A stretch of 34,396 nucleotides of DNA from a virus (taxonomy: Duplodnaviria; Caudoviricetes). The translations under genes were made by a program, and so were the position numbers. Under the pieces are notes generated by a model. The model was not told where the DNA came from and ran no database searches. It saw only the letters and a list, made by a program, of their open reading frames with translations. The DNA is taken from IMG/VR virus record IMGVR_UViG_3300011334_000479, positions 1-34,396 of that record, one strand, 5' to 3'. Below, piece by piece: positions 9,450 through 19,103 of this stretch; the stretch's first letter is position 1, and the number at the start of each line of letters is the position of its first letter.

Positions 9450-9881
9450 ATGTCAAAAACAGAATATCAATTCGACAACATCGCAGGCATGCAACGCAAT
9501 CGCGAGATCGAGGGCGAGAAGGGGACCGAGCTTGGGCTTCCCGGCGGCATCACTTTCACGGTGCTGGCCGCGAGCGACGGCAACCCGCGATGGCGGAACC
9601 GTTCCGACGAGATTTCGGCTGAGCTAAACAGGCTCCGCAATGCCCGCGCACCGAGCGAGCGGGTGCGAAAGTACCTTGCCACGATTTACTCGCAGTGCCT
9701 GGTGATCGGGTGGTCGGGCGTCAAAAGCAAGGGCGTCCAAATCCCGTTTTCGCCCGAGGCGTGCGCGGCCTTCCTGATGGCCGCCGACGATGCCTATGCC
9801 ATTGTCGATGGCGTGGTTTACGAATCCAAAAACTACCGCGGCGCTCGCATCGAAGCCACGGTCGAAGCCGCAAAAAACTGA
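9450..9881 (+). CDS. Tail assembly chaperone (gpG analogue)
   Basis: SD GGAGG at 9441-9445; between tail tube and tape measure; ends in slippery A AAA AAC. Confidence 0.8.
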   Translation: MSKTEYQFDNIAGMQRNREIEGEKGTELGLPGGITFTVLAASDGNPRWRNRSDEISAELNRLRNARAPSERVRKYLATIYSQCLVIGWSGVKSKGVQIPFSPEACAAFLMAADDAYAIVDGVVYESKNYRGARIEATVEAAKN

Positions 9882-10267
9882 TTAGGTGGGATGGCGACAA
9901 CGCCGGCCAGCTTCGCGGCTGGACGGATCGCGCGGACAAGGGCGACGAAGAGGCCGTTGACCGCCTGCTATCCCGCCCAAGCCTAACGAGCGATGCCGCG
10001 CTGTACTGGTCGGCCTTTCTCACTCTTGCACGCGACCGGCCGCACGAGTCCATTTCGATGGGCATGGCGGGCGGCCTCTCGCTTCCCCGGCCGGTGCCGC
10101 TGGAAGCGATCCGCCGCGAGGGCCTCCGCCTCGGCTATCAGGGCGAGGGCCTCGAGGATTTCGTTACCATCGTGGCGCGCATTGACGACTTCCACGTCGA
10201 GGTTGAAGTGCGCCGCGCCGCCGACGAAGCCAAAGCCTCTGCGGCTCGGTCGCGGTCGAAAAAGTAA
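9872..10267 (+). CDS. -1 frameshift extension of the tail chaperone (gpGT analogue)
   Basis: X XXY YYZ heptamer AAAAAAC at 9872-9878 just before the stop; the -1 frame stays open to 10267 (LYWSAFLTLARDR). Confidence 0.75.
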   Translation, partial: KKLIRWDGDNAGQLRGWTDRADKGDEEAVDRLLSRPSLTSDAALYWSAFLTLARDRPHESISMGMAGGLSLPRPVPLEAIRREGLRLGYQGEGLEDFVTIVARIDDFHVEVEVRRAADEAKASAARSRSKK

Positions 10268-10277
10268 CGGGTGATCA

Positions 10278-13200
10278 ATGGCCGAAGAAACCAAGATCAT
10301 CCGCATAATTGTTGACAGCTCCAAGGCTGTTGACGGTTCGGCTGCGGCTACTCGCGCGCTTGAGAAGCTGGAGCGCAGCACGGCGTCGATGGATGGCGCG
10401 TTGTCGAGGATGGAGAAGGGCCTCGCTTCGGTCGGCGGCATGGTCAAGGCGCAACTCGCGCCCATGGTGGCCGAGCTCGGCGCGCGTTTTATCCAGGTGG
10501 GCCGCGATTCGCTCAAGGCCGTGGCTGGCTTGGATGAGCTTGCCGAGCAAATGGGCATCACGACGGTCGGTTTGCAGGCTCTCCAATTCTCGGCCGTGCA
10601 GAACGGCGTGAAGCTCGAGCAACTCGAAACCGGCATTTCCAAATTTTCGCAGAAGATGGGCGAGGCCGCGAACGGCTCAAAAGATATGGTCGAGGCGCTC
10701 ACGGCGCTCGGCGTCAAGAATCTCGACGTACAGGGCAAGCTCCGCCCGACCGAAGCGCTTTTGTCGGAGGTCGCGGAAGCCATCACCAAGATGGAGGATC
10801 CGGCCAAGCGCTCGGCGGCGGCGGTTGATTTCTTTGGCAAGGCCGGCGCCCGCATGTTGCCGATGCTGGCCGATATCGCCGCAGGAACTGACGTTATGGC
10901 GCAGAAAGCCGCCGCGGCCGGCGTGATGATTGACGCCAGCGTTATCAAGCAGCTCGATAAGCTAGCAGATCATTCTGAAGTATCAGCGCTCAAGTTTCGC
11001 GCGCTTGTCGCGACCTTGGGTGCCCCGATCGCCCCCGACGCAATGGAGGCCGTGAATTCAATACTTGGAAAGCTTCTCGGCAACATAAAGGAGTTGGCCG
11101 CGCAGCGCGGGCAATCGGAGCAGGGCGCTCTCCCCGAATCCGATTTGAAGATGCTGCAAGACAACGCGGCCAGAGCAAACGCTCAGCTCGCAAAAGAAAG
11201 CGAAATTATTCCGGGCGTTAGCACTGGTCCTCGCGCTATCACAATAGAGAGGGCGCGTCGCGCGAACCTAGCGCTGGAGAACGCGACGAAGAATGCTGGC
11301 AGCGTCGGAAACCCTGCTGAACGTGCCGCCATCGTCACAGACCAATATGCGGCACAGCTACTTGTAAGCGGTTCGTTCCCGCAAACTGAACCGCTCGGGG
11401 CGCCTGGCGCGTCTACGTCAACGGTCAAGGGCGCCGGCGACGACGTTCTTGAACGCAAAAGGAAAGCCCTACAAGATGCCGGCCGCGAGCTTGACGCAGC
11501 TAAGGCGTTTGCGGCGGCCAGCAACGATGGCGCCCTGGCTGTCGCCAATCTTGAGACGCATTTCAAGTCACTGAAGACCGCGCAGGATGTGTTCGGCAAG
11601 ACTTCCGATCAAAATGAGCAAGGCGTTAAGGCGTTGACCGCCCAGCTTGAGGCGGCCGGGCTGGCCACCGAGAAGCTCAAGAACATCAAAGACTTCAATC
11701 TCGGCACTGTAGAGCTGGAGAAGGCCAACGAGTTGCTGGCCGCCGAGAACGGCCTCATCAACGCCAACGTCGAAACGCGCGCTATTGAAATCGCGCAAAT
11801 CAAGCTCAAGCAGGAATTGCAGGCCAAAGGCATCAACGCGGACAGCGAGGAAGGCCGCCGCGCGATCGAGCGCCGGGGTATTGCGCTGGAAACCGGCGAG
11901 CGCCTCAAAGCCCAAGGCGAGGAGATCAGGAAGGCCAACGAGCTGTGGACTGCGCCGCTGAAGAGCGCGCTTGAAAGCATTCAGCGTGTCGGCGCCGATG
12001 CTTTTGAGCAGATGCTGACGAACGGCACCTTTACCTTTCAGAGCCTGGGCGAAACATTTAAGAAGATCGTCATCCGCATGGCTGCCGAGTTCATGGCGCT
12101 TGCGACCATTCGCCCCGTCATGTCGGTGCTGGTGAACGCGGTGGCGCCGGGCATGGCCTCGACCATGGGCGTCGGTGGCGGCGGCGGAATGCCGAGCATG
12201 GGCGGCGGCGGAATGCCGAGCATCGGCGGTTTTGGCGGCGGCATGGGCGGCATGGAGCTTCCGTCGTGGCTCGGCGGCGGAACCATCAATGAGCTGATGG
12301 CCGCGACGCCGTTTGCATCGGCAGCGCCTGCTGGTGGCTTTGCCGACATCGGGGCACTGATGGCGTCTGGGCAGGCAGGCTCCAGCGCGGGATTGGCGGC
12401 AGGCGGCATTCAAGGCGCGGCGCAAGGTCTGTCGGTTGGCAGCATGATGGGTGCCGGCCTCGGCATCGGCATGGGCGCCTACAGCCTCGCCACGGCTAAC
12501 GGCAACACAGGAAAGACGCTCGGCGGCATCGGCCAGATGATCGGCGGCGGCATGATGCTGATCCCCGGCATGCAGATCCCCGGAATGATTGTCAGCATGG
12601 CAAGCTCGATTCTTCCCATGCTGTTCGGCGGCGAAGCGCCTGCATTGCCTCCGCTTGCCGGCTCCAACTACCGATTTGACCCTGGTGCGGGCGGGTACTC
12701 TTCGAATGAGAGTTTCCAGAACGGCGGCGCCAGCAACGCGGGCAACTATGGAAACGTCGGCGCGCGGCTTAACTCGCTGTTTGGGCGCGTTGGCGGCCTC
12801 ACCAATCCCGGCAACGCCTTCGGCGCTTCGGTCTGGAATAATCAACGCGAGGGAACGACCAGCACCTATGAAATAAGCCCGACGCAGGGCTCAAACCAAC
12901 TCACGCGCGATGTGAGCGGCGACCCGTCGAAGGCCATCGACGCCATGATCGCCCGCGTCTTCTACCTCTCGGTGCAGAACAACGCGGCGATGAATGCCTC
13001 GCCGACGCTGCGTACCGCGTTTGCCAACCGGTCGCCCGAGAACACGGCACAAATTGCGGCCTTGCTCGACCTCATTGACACCTACGACAAGCTCGGCAAG
13101 GTGACGGGGCAGGCGGAAACAGACCTCAAGAAACTCAACGCCCAATTCGACAGCCTCACCGCCGGCGCCAACGAGTGGGGCCTCTCGCTCGCGCCCATCA

Positions 13201-13859
13201 TCGCCGAGCAAAAGAAGGTGACGACCCGTTACGCCCAGGACTTCATCGACGGGATGCTCGACCCGCTGGCGGTGCAGATGCGCGCGCTTGACGACCAGCG
13301 CAAGGAGTCGATCGCGAGCGCCGAATATATCCGCGACAACGTAAAAGACGTTTACGTGGATATGGCGCGCATTGCCGAGTATTGGACGAAGAAAGAGCGT
13401 GACCTCAAAGAGCAGGCATACGCCGCTTCGGTCGATAGCCTGCAAGCGCTCATCCGCCGCCTCACCTACGGCGACCTCGCCAACGCCACTGCCGACATGT
13501 CCTACGCCGGCACACGCGGCACCTATGAGGCGACGCTGGCACAGGCCAGGGCGGGCAGCGGCACGGCGCTCAACAATCTCTCGGGCACTGCCGAAGCCTA
13601 TGCAAGCTCGGGTCGGTCTTACTTTGCCAGCGGCCCCGAATATGCCGCGCTCCTCGAGCAGATGCGGCGCGACCTCGGCGAAGTGGCGGGCAACCAGGGC
13701 GGCGGTGGTGGCAGCGCGGCCAACGGCAACGAGGCCACTAACGCGGTCTTGCAGAGCAATGCCGAGCTCCGCGGCATGGTGGGTGCTCTCCTCGGCGAGC
13801 TCTCGGGCGTGAAAGACCAGTTAGCTGCCGCCACCGCCGAAATGAAGCGGCGGGCCTAG
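10278..13859 (+). CDS. Tape measure protein
   Basis: 1193 aa, Ala/Gly-rich helical, follows the chaperones; FFGKAGARMLPML. Confidence 0.92.
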   Translation: MAEETKIIRIIVDSSKAVDGSAAATRALEKLERSTASMDGALSRMEKGLASVGGMVKAQLAPMVAELGARFIQVGRDSLKAVAGLDELAEQMGITTVGLQALQFSAVQNGVKLEQLETGISKFSQKMGEAANGSKDMVEALTALGVKNLDVQGKLRPTEALLSEVAEAITKMEDPAKRSAAAVDFFGKAGARMLPMLADIAAGTDVMAQKAAAAGVMIDASVIKQLDKLADHSEVSALKFRALVATLGAPIAPDAMEAVNSILGKLLGNIKELAAQRGQSEQGALPESDLKMLQDNAARANAQLAKESEIIPGVSTGPRAITIERARRANLALENATKNAGSVGNPAERAAIVTDQYAAQLLVSGSFPQTEPLGAPGASTSTVKGAGDDVLERKRKALQDAGRELDAAKAFAAASNDGALAVANLETHFKSLKTAQDVFGKTSDQNEQGVKALTAQLEAAGLATEKLKNIKDFNLGTVELEKANELLAAENGLINANVETRAIEIAQIKLKQELQAKGINADSEEGRRAIERRGIALETGERLKAQGEEIRKANELWTAPLKSALESIQRVGADAFEQMLTNGTFTFQSLGETFKKIVIRMAAEFMALATIRPVMSVLVNAVAPGMASTMGVGGGGGMPSMGGGGMPSIGGFGGGMGGMELPSWLGGGTINELMAATPFASAAPAGGFADIGALMASGQAGSSAGLAAGGIQGAAQGLSVGSMMGAGLGIGMGAYSLATANGNTGKTLGGIGQMIGGGMMLIPGMQIPGMIVSMASSILPMLFGGEAPALPPLAGSNYRFDPGAGGYSSNESFQNGGASNAGNYGNVGARLNSLFGRVGGLTNPGNAFGASVWNNQREGTTSTYEISPTQGSNQLTRDVSGDPSKAIDAMIARVFYLSVQNNAAMNASPTLRTAFANRSPENTAQIAALLDLIDTYDKLGKVTGQAETDLKKLNAQFDSLTAGANEWGLSLAPIIAEQKKVTTRYAQDFIDGMLDPLAVQMRALDDQRKESIASAEYIRDNVKDVYVDMARIAEYWTKKERDLKEQAYAASVDSLQALIRRLTYGDLANATADMSYAGTRGTYEATLAQARAGSGTALNNLSGTAEAYASSGRSYFASGPEYAALLEQMRRDLGEVAGNQGGGGGSAANGNEATNAVLQSNAELRGMVGALLGELSGVKDQLAAATAEMKRRA
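12177..12224 (+). repeat. 24-bp tandem duplication in the tape measure gene (GGGGMPSM/I)
   Basis: GGCGGCGGCGGAATGCCGAGCATG then GGCGGCGGCGGAATGCCGAGCATC. Confidence 0.85.
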
Positions 13860-13862
13860 ACC

Positions 13863-15623
13863 GTGGCCGAGCTTTACTATCTCAGGACGGCGCCGCCCTA
13901 TCCGTTCGGCTCGGCGCCGCGCGATGAGCCGCGCGCCTTCCTGCTTTATGCCGGCGTCGATCCGCTCAACCTCGGCGCCCATGAGGGCCAGGGATACTTC
14001 ATCGCCATGACGCCGTTTGATGCGGCGCTGACGCTCGACATTCCGGCGCCGCCGTTTCCGTTCGGCAGCAACGATCGCCGCACACCGCGCACCTTCACCA
14101 CGCCGGGCAAGGCGGTCACGATTTACCCGGCTGCGACCGGCAACTTCGCGCGCTCGAGCGCGTCAGGCGACACGCCGGCCAGCACGTGGATCGGCGGCTA
14201 TCTCTCGGGCCGCTTCAACTATGAAATCTCGATCTTCGCGGGCGCCGACCCGACGCAGGGCGGGAGCGCCACCGTGGGCATCCTTGAGCTTGAAGACCCG
14301 GCCGGCGACCTTGACGACCTTCGCACCCTCGGCTGGGACAGCGCGCCACTGGAGCTTCGGCGGGGCGATCCCGAGGCGCTGCTCTCGACATTCACTATCG
14401 TGGCCAAGCTCACCACCGCCGGCCTGCGCTACAACACGCGGAAAAAGGAAATCCTTCTCCGCGACCTGGCGTACACGCTCACGCGCGCCGAGCTGCACGG
14501 CCTCCGCTACGGTGGCACTGGCAGCGCCGATGGCGACGCCGCCCTGGCTAGCCGCATAAAACCCTACTGCGTGGGATCTGTATTCAACATCCCGCCGCTG
14601 CTTATCAACGCGACCGGGCTCATCTATCAGGTGTCGTGCTCTTCGGTGCTTGGCATCGACGCGGTGCGCGATGGCGGCACGGCGCTCACCTTTGCCGCTG
14701 ATTACGCTACCTATGCGTTGCTGGCCGCCGCGGCCGTGAGCGCGGGCCAGTATGCCACATGCCTGGCGCTCGGCCTGTTCAAGATCGGCGCCACGCCGGT
14801 CTACATCATTACCGCTGACGTTCGCGGCGACAACGACACGCTCAACGGCATCGCCTATCCGCACACGCGCGCTCACATCGCGCGCCGCATCGCCACCGGC
14901 CGCGGCTCGATCAAGCTTTACGATCCCATCGACATTGACGGCACGGCGTTTGAATACCTTGAGCAACGGCAGACCGCGACGCTCGGCTATTTTTGGGACG
15001 GCGAGGTCACCAAGGCCGAAGCCCTGGCCGAAGTGATGGCCGGGTGCCTTGGCTGGTGGACGATGCGGCTCGACGGCACGCTCGCCATCGGCCAGCTTGA
15101 AGACCCGGCCAACGTCGCGCCGCTGTTCTCGCTTTCTTACCCGACCGATGACGGCAGCGCCGAGTCACGGGTGGATGAGCCGGCAATGACCGACTATCAA
15201 TCCCCGCGCCGCGCCACGCTTATGGGATGGTCGCGGAATTACACCGTGATGAGCCGCAACCAGATCGCCGGCGCGGTCGCGGCAGCCACCGCGGCCATTT
15301 ATCAGCAGGCCACGCGCTACACGACCAGTGAAGATTTGTGGGTGGCGGGCGGCTACCCGTCCGCGCCCATCGTGATGGTCAACGGCGGCTTTGATAGCGA
15401 GAGCGCGGCTCAAATGGAGGGCGATCGGCAACGGCGGCTTCTCCGCGATCGTCGCGAGCTCTTTACAATTCCGGCGGTCATCGACCCGTTCGCCGATGTG
15501 GCGGGGCGCGTCATCAACATCGCCAATTCCAATCGGCTTGGCCTCGGCACGTCGCGCAATCTCTTCTGCGTCGGCATCGCCGTGAACGCCAACAGTAAAC
15601 CGATTCTCAAGTTGTGGGGCTAG
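13863..15623 (+). CDS. Putative tail tip/hub protein
   Basis: 586 aa after the tape measure; KPYCVGSVFNIPP motif seen in siphophage tail-tip proteins. Confidence 0.65.
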   Translation: MAELYYLRTAPPYPFGSAPRDEPRAFLLYAGVDPLNLGAHEGQGYFIAMTPFDAALTLDIPAPPFPFGSNDRRTPRTFTTPGKAVTIYPAATGNFARSSASGDTPASTWIGGYLSGRFNYEISIFAGADPTQGGSATVGILELEDPAGDLDDLRTLGWDSAPLELRRGDPEALLSTFTIVAKLTTAGLRYNTRKKEILLRDLAYTLTRAELHGLRYGGTGSADGDAALASRIKPYCVGSVFNIPPLLINATGLIYQVSCSSVLGIDAVRDGGTALTFAADYATYALLAAAAVSAGQYATCLALGLFKIGATPVYIITADVRGDNDTLNGIAYPHTRAHIARRIATGRGSIKLYDPIDIDGTAFEYLEQRQTATLGYFWDGEVTKAEALAEVMAGCLGWWTMRLDGTLAIGQLEDPANVAPLFSLSYPTDDGSAESRVDEPAMTDYQSPRRATLMGWSRNYTVMSRNQIAGAVAAATAAIYQQATRYTTSEDLWVAGGYPSAPIVMVNGGFDSESAAQMEGDRQRRLLRDRRELFTIPAVIDPFADVAGRVINIANSNRLGLGTSRNLFCVGIAVNANSKPILKLWG

Positions 15624-15626
15624 GCC

Positions 15627-16454
15627 GTGGCAAACATTTTGCTTCTCTCGCCCAGCGATTCCGATGCAGCTACGTTGGTGGCCGACTCCGAAGTCTCGAC
15701 GCTGCCCGCGGCCAATCTCCAGAACATCCAGCCGAAAAAGAAATGGCGCACAACTTCACTCACGCCATACCTTACGCTCGACTTTGGCGCGGCCGGATTG
15801 GCTGCCAACGGCTTTGCCTTTATCGGTCACAACCTCACGAGCGCGGCCACCATCCGCGTGCGCGGCAAGGCGACGTTCCCTGTGACAAGTTCGCCAACCG
15901 TCGACACAACGGCGCTCACCGCCTGGCCGGCGACCGGCAAGCCCGCGGATACCTATTGGCCGCATTACCTTTCGTGGCTCGCCTGGTCGAATGCCGTGGC
16001 GCTTCGTTACTGGCGCGTTGACATTGCGGACAGCGGAAACACGGACGGCTACTTGCAAGCCGGGCGCCTCATGCTCGGCCGCTACTGGCAACCCACCACT
16101 AACTTTGACCTTGCCGGCACGCCGCTCGGCCGCGATCAACGCGACGTGCAGACCGTTACCGACTACGGCGAGATTTTCACCGACCGGCGCTCGCGCTCGG
16201 CTGCGCGCCGCTTCTCGCTGCAAATCAGCGCTACTGACAAGCGCGAGGTCAACGACGGCATCGGCGAAATCCAACGGCTTCGCGGCATGTGGGGCGACGT
16301 GGCGTGCCTGCTCGACACGGCGGCCACTACTGACTTCCATCGCAGTTCCATGCAAGGCGTGTTCACTGCGCCGCAGGATCACCAGTTTTCGCAGCAATTC
16401 ACCGCCTCGGGCGAAGCCTGGTCGGTGGCCTTCCCCCTCCGCGAAGTCATCTAG
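15627..16454 (+). CDS. Putative tail tip/distal tail protein
   Basis: LPAANLQ, RYWRVDIAD, GYLQAGRL..G..WQP, ends LREVI. Confidence 0.6.
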   Translation: MANILLLSPSDSDAATLVADSEVSTLPAANLQNIQPKKKWRTTSLTPYLTLDFGAAGLAANGFAFIGHNLTSAATIRVRGKATFPVTSSPTVDTTALTAWPATGKPADTYWPHYLSWLAWSNAVALRYWRVDIADSGNTDGYLQAGRLMLGRYWQPTTNFDLAGTPLGRDQRDVQTVTDYGEIFTDRRSRSAARRFSLQISATDKREVNDGIGEIQRLRGMWGDVACLLDTAATTDFHRSSMQGVFTAPQDHQFSQQFTASGEAWSVAFPLREVI

Positions 16455-16465
16455 GAGCGCGCCGC

Positions 16466-17980
16466 ATGTTTGCCGAAAGAACTATGGAAACCGGCGCGAG
16501 CTCGGGCACCAGCACGCTCACGCTCGGCACCTCGGTATCGGGTTGGAAAACGTGGCGCTCGCAACTCGCCACCGCCACCGTGGTTTTTTACTTCGCCGAG
16601 ATTTCGGACGGCTCCATATGGGAAGCGGGCTATGGCACGCTCACCTACGGCAGCCCGGACACGATCACTGGTCGCACGCTGCTGCTCTCAAGCACCGGCT
16701 CGCTGGTCGATTTCGCCAGCGCTACCGTCTATGTCATGTCGGTCGCCAATGCGGCGGCGCTCAAGCACATGCTCAACCCGCTCGCCGCCACGCGGCCGGC
16801 GTGGTTGCAGGCGGGCGGCACGTGGCGCGATTACACGCTCGGCCTCTCGACCGCGTGGGTGGAGAAGCTCGCCACCAGCGGCGTGGCCGGCGGCGATGCC
16901 GAAATGGGCCGCGCCTACATTTCGCCGCTCATCTACACCGCGAGCCCTCGCAAGTATTGGCAAGACGTGGGCGCCGCGGGAAAGACACTCGACGCAGACG
17001 ATATCGGCAAGGTGCTTTGTTTCGATTGCACCGCCGGCCAGCGCACCGCAACGCTTCTCGCCAGCGCGACCGCGAAGCACGGCTACTCGGTCGATGTTCT
17101 CGCCTACGGAAGCTCAACAAACGGCGTGACCCTGGCGCCAAATGGCTCCGACGCCATCAACCAACTCCGCATCCCGCCGGGCGGTCGGTGGCGGCTGGAA
17201 TGGGACGGCGCGCGGAGCGCGTGGCGGGTCTATCCGGTGGTGGCCGTGGTGCCGGGTCAAATCTTTGGCCTTACGCTTTCGACCGCCGGGAGCTCGGCCA
17301 CCTTCTCGATTGCAGCCGGCAGCGCCAGCGATAAGACTAACTCCGACTCCATCATTCTCGCCGCGGCGCTCTCAAAGACGACAAGCGCATGGGCGGTGGG
17401 CAGCGGCAACGGCGGGCTCGATACCGGCGCCATTGCCAACTCGACTTGGTATCACGCCCACTTGATTAAGCGGATCGACACCGGCGTTGTCGACGCTCTC
17501 GTTTCGTTGAGCGCCACCGCGCCGACAATGCCGACCGGCTACACGCTCTCGCGCCGCCTCGGCTCGATGAAAACGAATGGCTCGGCGCAATGGGCGTCGT
17601 TTATCCAACGCGGTGATGATTTTTACATTGCCGAGGTCAACGACTTTCAGCCCACGACGACGAGCGCGATGACGTTGCGTGCTCTTAGCGTGCCTTCTGG
17701 CGTTGTTGTGCAGCCCAAAATGCGAACAGCAAGTACCGGCGGCTCCGCTAACAGCACGGTATTACGAGTGGCGCCCGCTGGTGACTCTGCACTCTACAGA
17801 ACGGTTGTGCATAACGACATTGGCAGCGGTATTAACAGCAACACCCAAGCCTCCGCTTTTGAAGGGCCGCCAACCGACACCAGCGCACAGATATATATGG
17901 CGGTTACAGCCCTTCAAGCCTCGGGCTCGCTGCAAGTCTATACGGCGGGGTGGGCCGACCGCCGTGGCCGGGACGACTAG
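16466..17980 (+). CDS. Tail fibre/receptor-binding protein
   Basis: N-terminal anchor (ERTMETGASSGTSTLTL, WEAGYGT), Ser/Thr/Gly-rich, WAVGSGNGGLDTGAIANSTWYH domain. Confidence 0.75.
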   Translation: MFAERTMETGASSGTSTLTLGTSVSGWKTWRSQLATATVVFYFAEISDGSIWEAGYGTLTYGSPDTITGRTLLLSSTGSLVDFASATVYVMSVANAAALKHMLNPLAATRPAWLQAGGTWRDYTLGLSTAWVEKLATSGVAGGDAEMGRAYISPLIYTASPRKYWQDVGAAGKTLDADDIGKVLCFDCTAGQRTATLLASATAKHGYSVDVLAYGSSTNGVTLAPNGSDAINQLRIPPGGRWRLEWDGARSAWRVYPVVAVVPGQIFGLTLSTAGSSATFSIAAGSASDKTNSDSIILAAALSKTTSAWAVGSGNGGLDTGAIANSTWYHAHLIKRIDTGVVDALVSLSATAPTMPTGYTLSRRLGSMKTNGSAQWASFIQRGDDFYIAEVNDFQPTTTSAMTLRALSVPSGVVVQPKMRTASTGGSANSTVLRVAPAGDSALYRTVVHNDIGSGINSNTQASAFEGPPTDTSAQIYMAVTALQASGSLQVYTAGWADRRGRDD

Positions 17981-17987
17981 GGAGGAA

Positions 17988-18479
17988 ATGATGGGACGCT
18001 ATTATGAGAGAAAGTCGGACGGCAGCCTCGGCGATAGTTTTGCCGTCCAGCAAGACCCGCCCGTTGAATATATCGATGAAGATAGCGCCGACTTTCCGGC
18101 ACTCAAACTCATCGAGGCCAAGCGCGCGAAGGCGGCGGAAATCTCTAAAACCTATGCCGCCGCCATCGGCGCCGGCCTGATGCATGGCGGCGCGCTCTAC
18201 CAGATCGACGCGGCGAGCCAACAGCGCATCGCCGCGCGGGCGCTTCTCGCGCGGGCCTGTATCGACGGCGCCGAGGCTTGGCCTGTTAGTTTTGGCTGGA
18301 TTGCCGCCGACAATTCGCGGCCGACCTTCACCGCTGCGGAGTTTTGGGCGTTTGCGGTAGCCGCGCAAAACCGCGTGACCGCTATCACGCTCAATGCGCG
18401 CGACATCAAGGATGAGATAACGGCGGCGCGCACCGTTGCCGAGGTCGATGCCATCGACGCATCAATCGGCTGGGAGTAG
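17988..18479 (+). CDS. Tail fibre assembly-type protein (DUF4376-like)
   Basis: SD GGAGG; YQIDAASQQRI, WIAADNS, AARTVAEVDAI..GW. Confidence 0.75.
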   Translation: MMGRYYERKSDGSLGDSFAVQQDPPVEYIDEDSADFPALKLIEAKRAKAAEISKTYAAAIGAGLMHGGALYQIDAASQQRIAARALLARACIDGAEAWPVSFGWIAADNSRPTFTAAEFWAFAVAAQNRVTAITLNARDIKDEITAARTVAEVDAIDASIGWE

Positions 18480-18483
18480 GTCG

Positions 18484-18828
18484 ATGGCCGACATGAGCGA
18501 TCCGCTGCCGGGCTCTGGCGTATCGTTTTGGACGATGGCCGCGGCTGCCGTGGGCTCGCTGCTGACGTTGCGGACGCTTGTTGATTCGACGCCGTTGACG
18601 CGCGCTATCGCCGTGATTTCGTCCTGGGGCCTGAGCTTTTTTGCGACGCCCGGCGTCACCGAATGGCTGGGAGCTACACACAAGCAAGAGCGCATCCTGG
18701 CGCTGGTGATTGCGTTTCTTGGAGCCAACATCCTGGCCGGCTTGGGCACGTTTGGCGAGAAGTGGCGCACTGACCCGCAGGCCGCGTTTGCCTGGTTGTG
18801 GTCGCTATGGCGCGGGCCGCCGCGGTGA
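18484..18828 (+). CDS. Putative holin
   Basis: About three hydrophobic segments, first gene of the lysis cassette, SD GGGAG. Confidence 0.65.
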   Translation: MADMSDPLPGSGVSFWTMAAAAVGSLLTLRTLVDSTPLTRAIAVISSWGLSFFATPGVTEWLGATHKQERILALVIAFLGANILAGLGTFGEKWRTDPQAAFAWLWSLWRGPPR

Positions 18829-19103
18829 TCGCGGTGTGGCTGATCCAGCTCGCCTACATCGCAATATGCCTCTCCGGCATGTTCGCAATATTCGCTTTGC
18901 AGCGCGGCCGTCACCGCTGCGCCTGCGCGCTGCTGTGGTGGACCTACACCGCGCTGGCTGGCGCGCTGGCGTGGGAAGCGATCGACGCCTGGAAATACGC
19001 GCCGCCTGGCTGGCCAGCGTCGCGCTGGATATTGATTCCGGCGCTCGTGACCGTGCTGATTTGGGCGGCGTGGGCCGACTGGCGAGGCCAACATGCGACT
19101 TAG
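18825..19103 (+). CDS. Small membrane protein (3 TM), possible second holin/antiholin
   Basis: GTGA overlap, three hydrophobic stretches, between holin and endolysin. Confidence 0.55.
   Translation: MIAVWLIQLAYIAICLSGMFAIFALQRGRHRCACALLWWTYTALAGALAWEAIDAWKYAPPGWPASRWILIPALVTVLIWAAWADWRGQHAT

Noticed and set aside
16466-18479. Diversity-generating retroelement or invertible tail fibre cassette
   Set aside because: No reverse transcriptase, no visible template/variable repeat pair, no invertase or duplicated fibre ends.
18484-18495. Lambda S-type dual-start holin (Met-Ala-Asp-Met)
   Set aside because: The extension is acidic rather than basic and the second ATG has no SD of its own.
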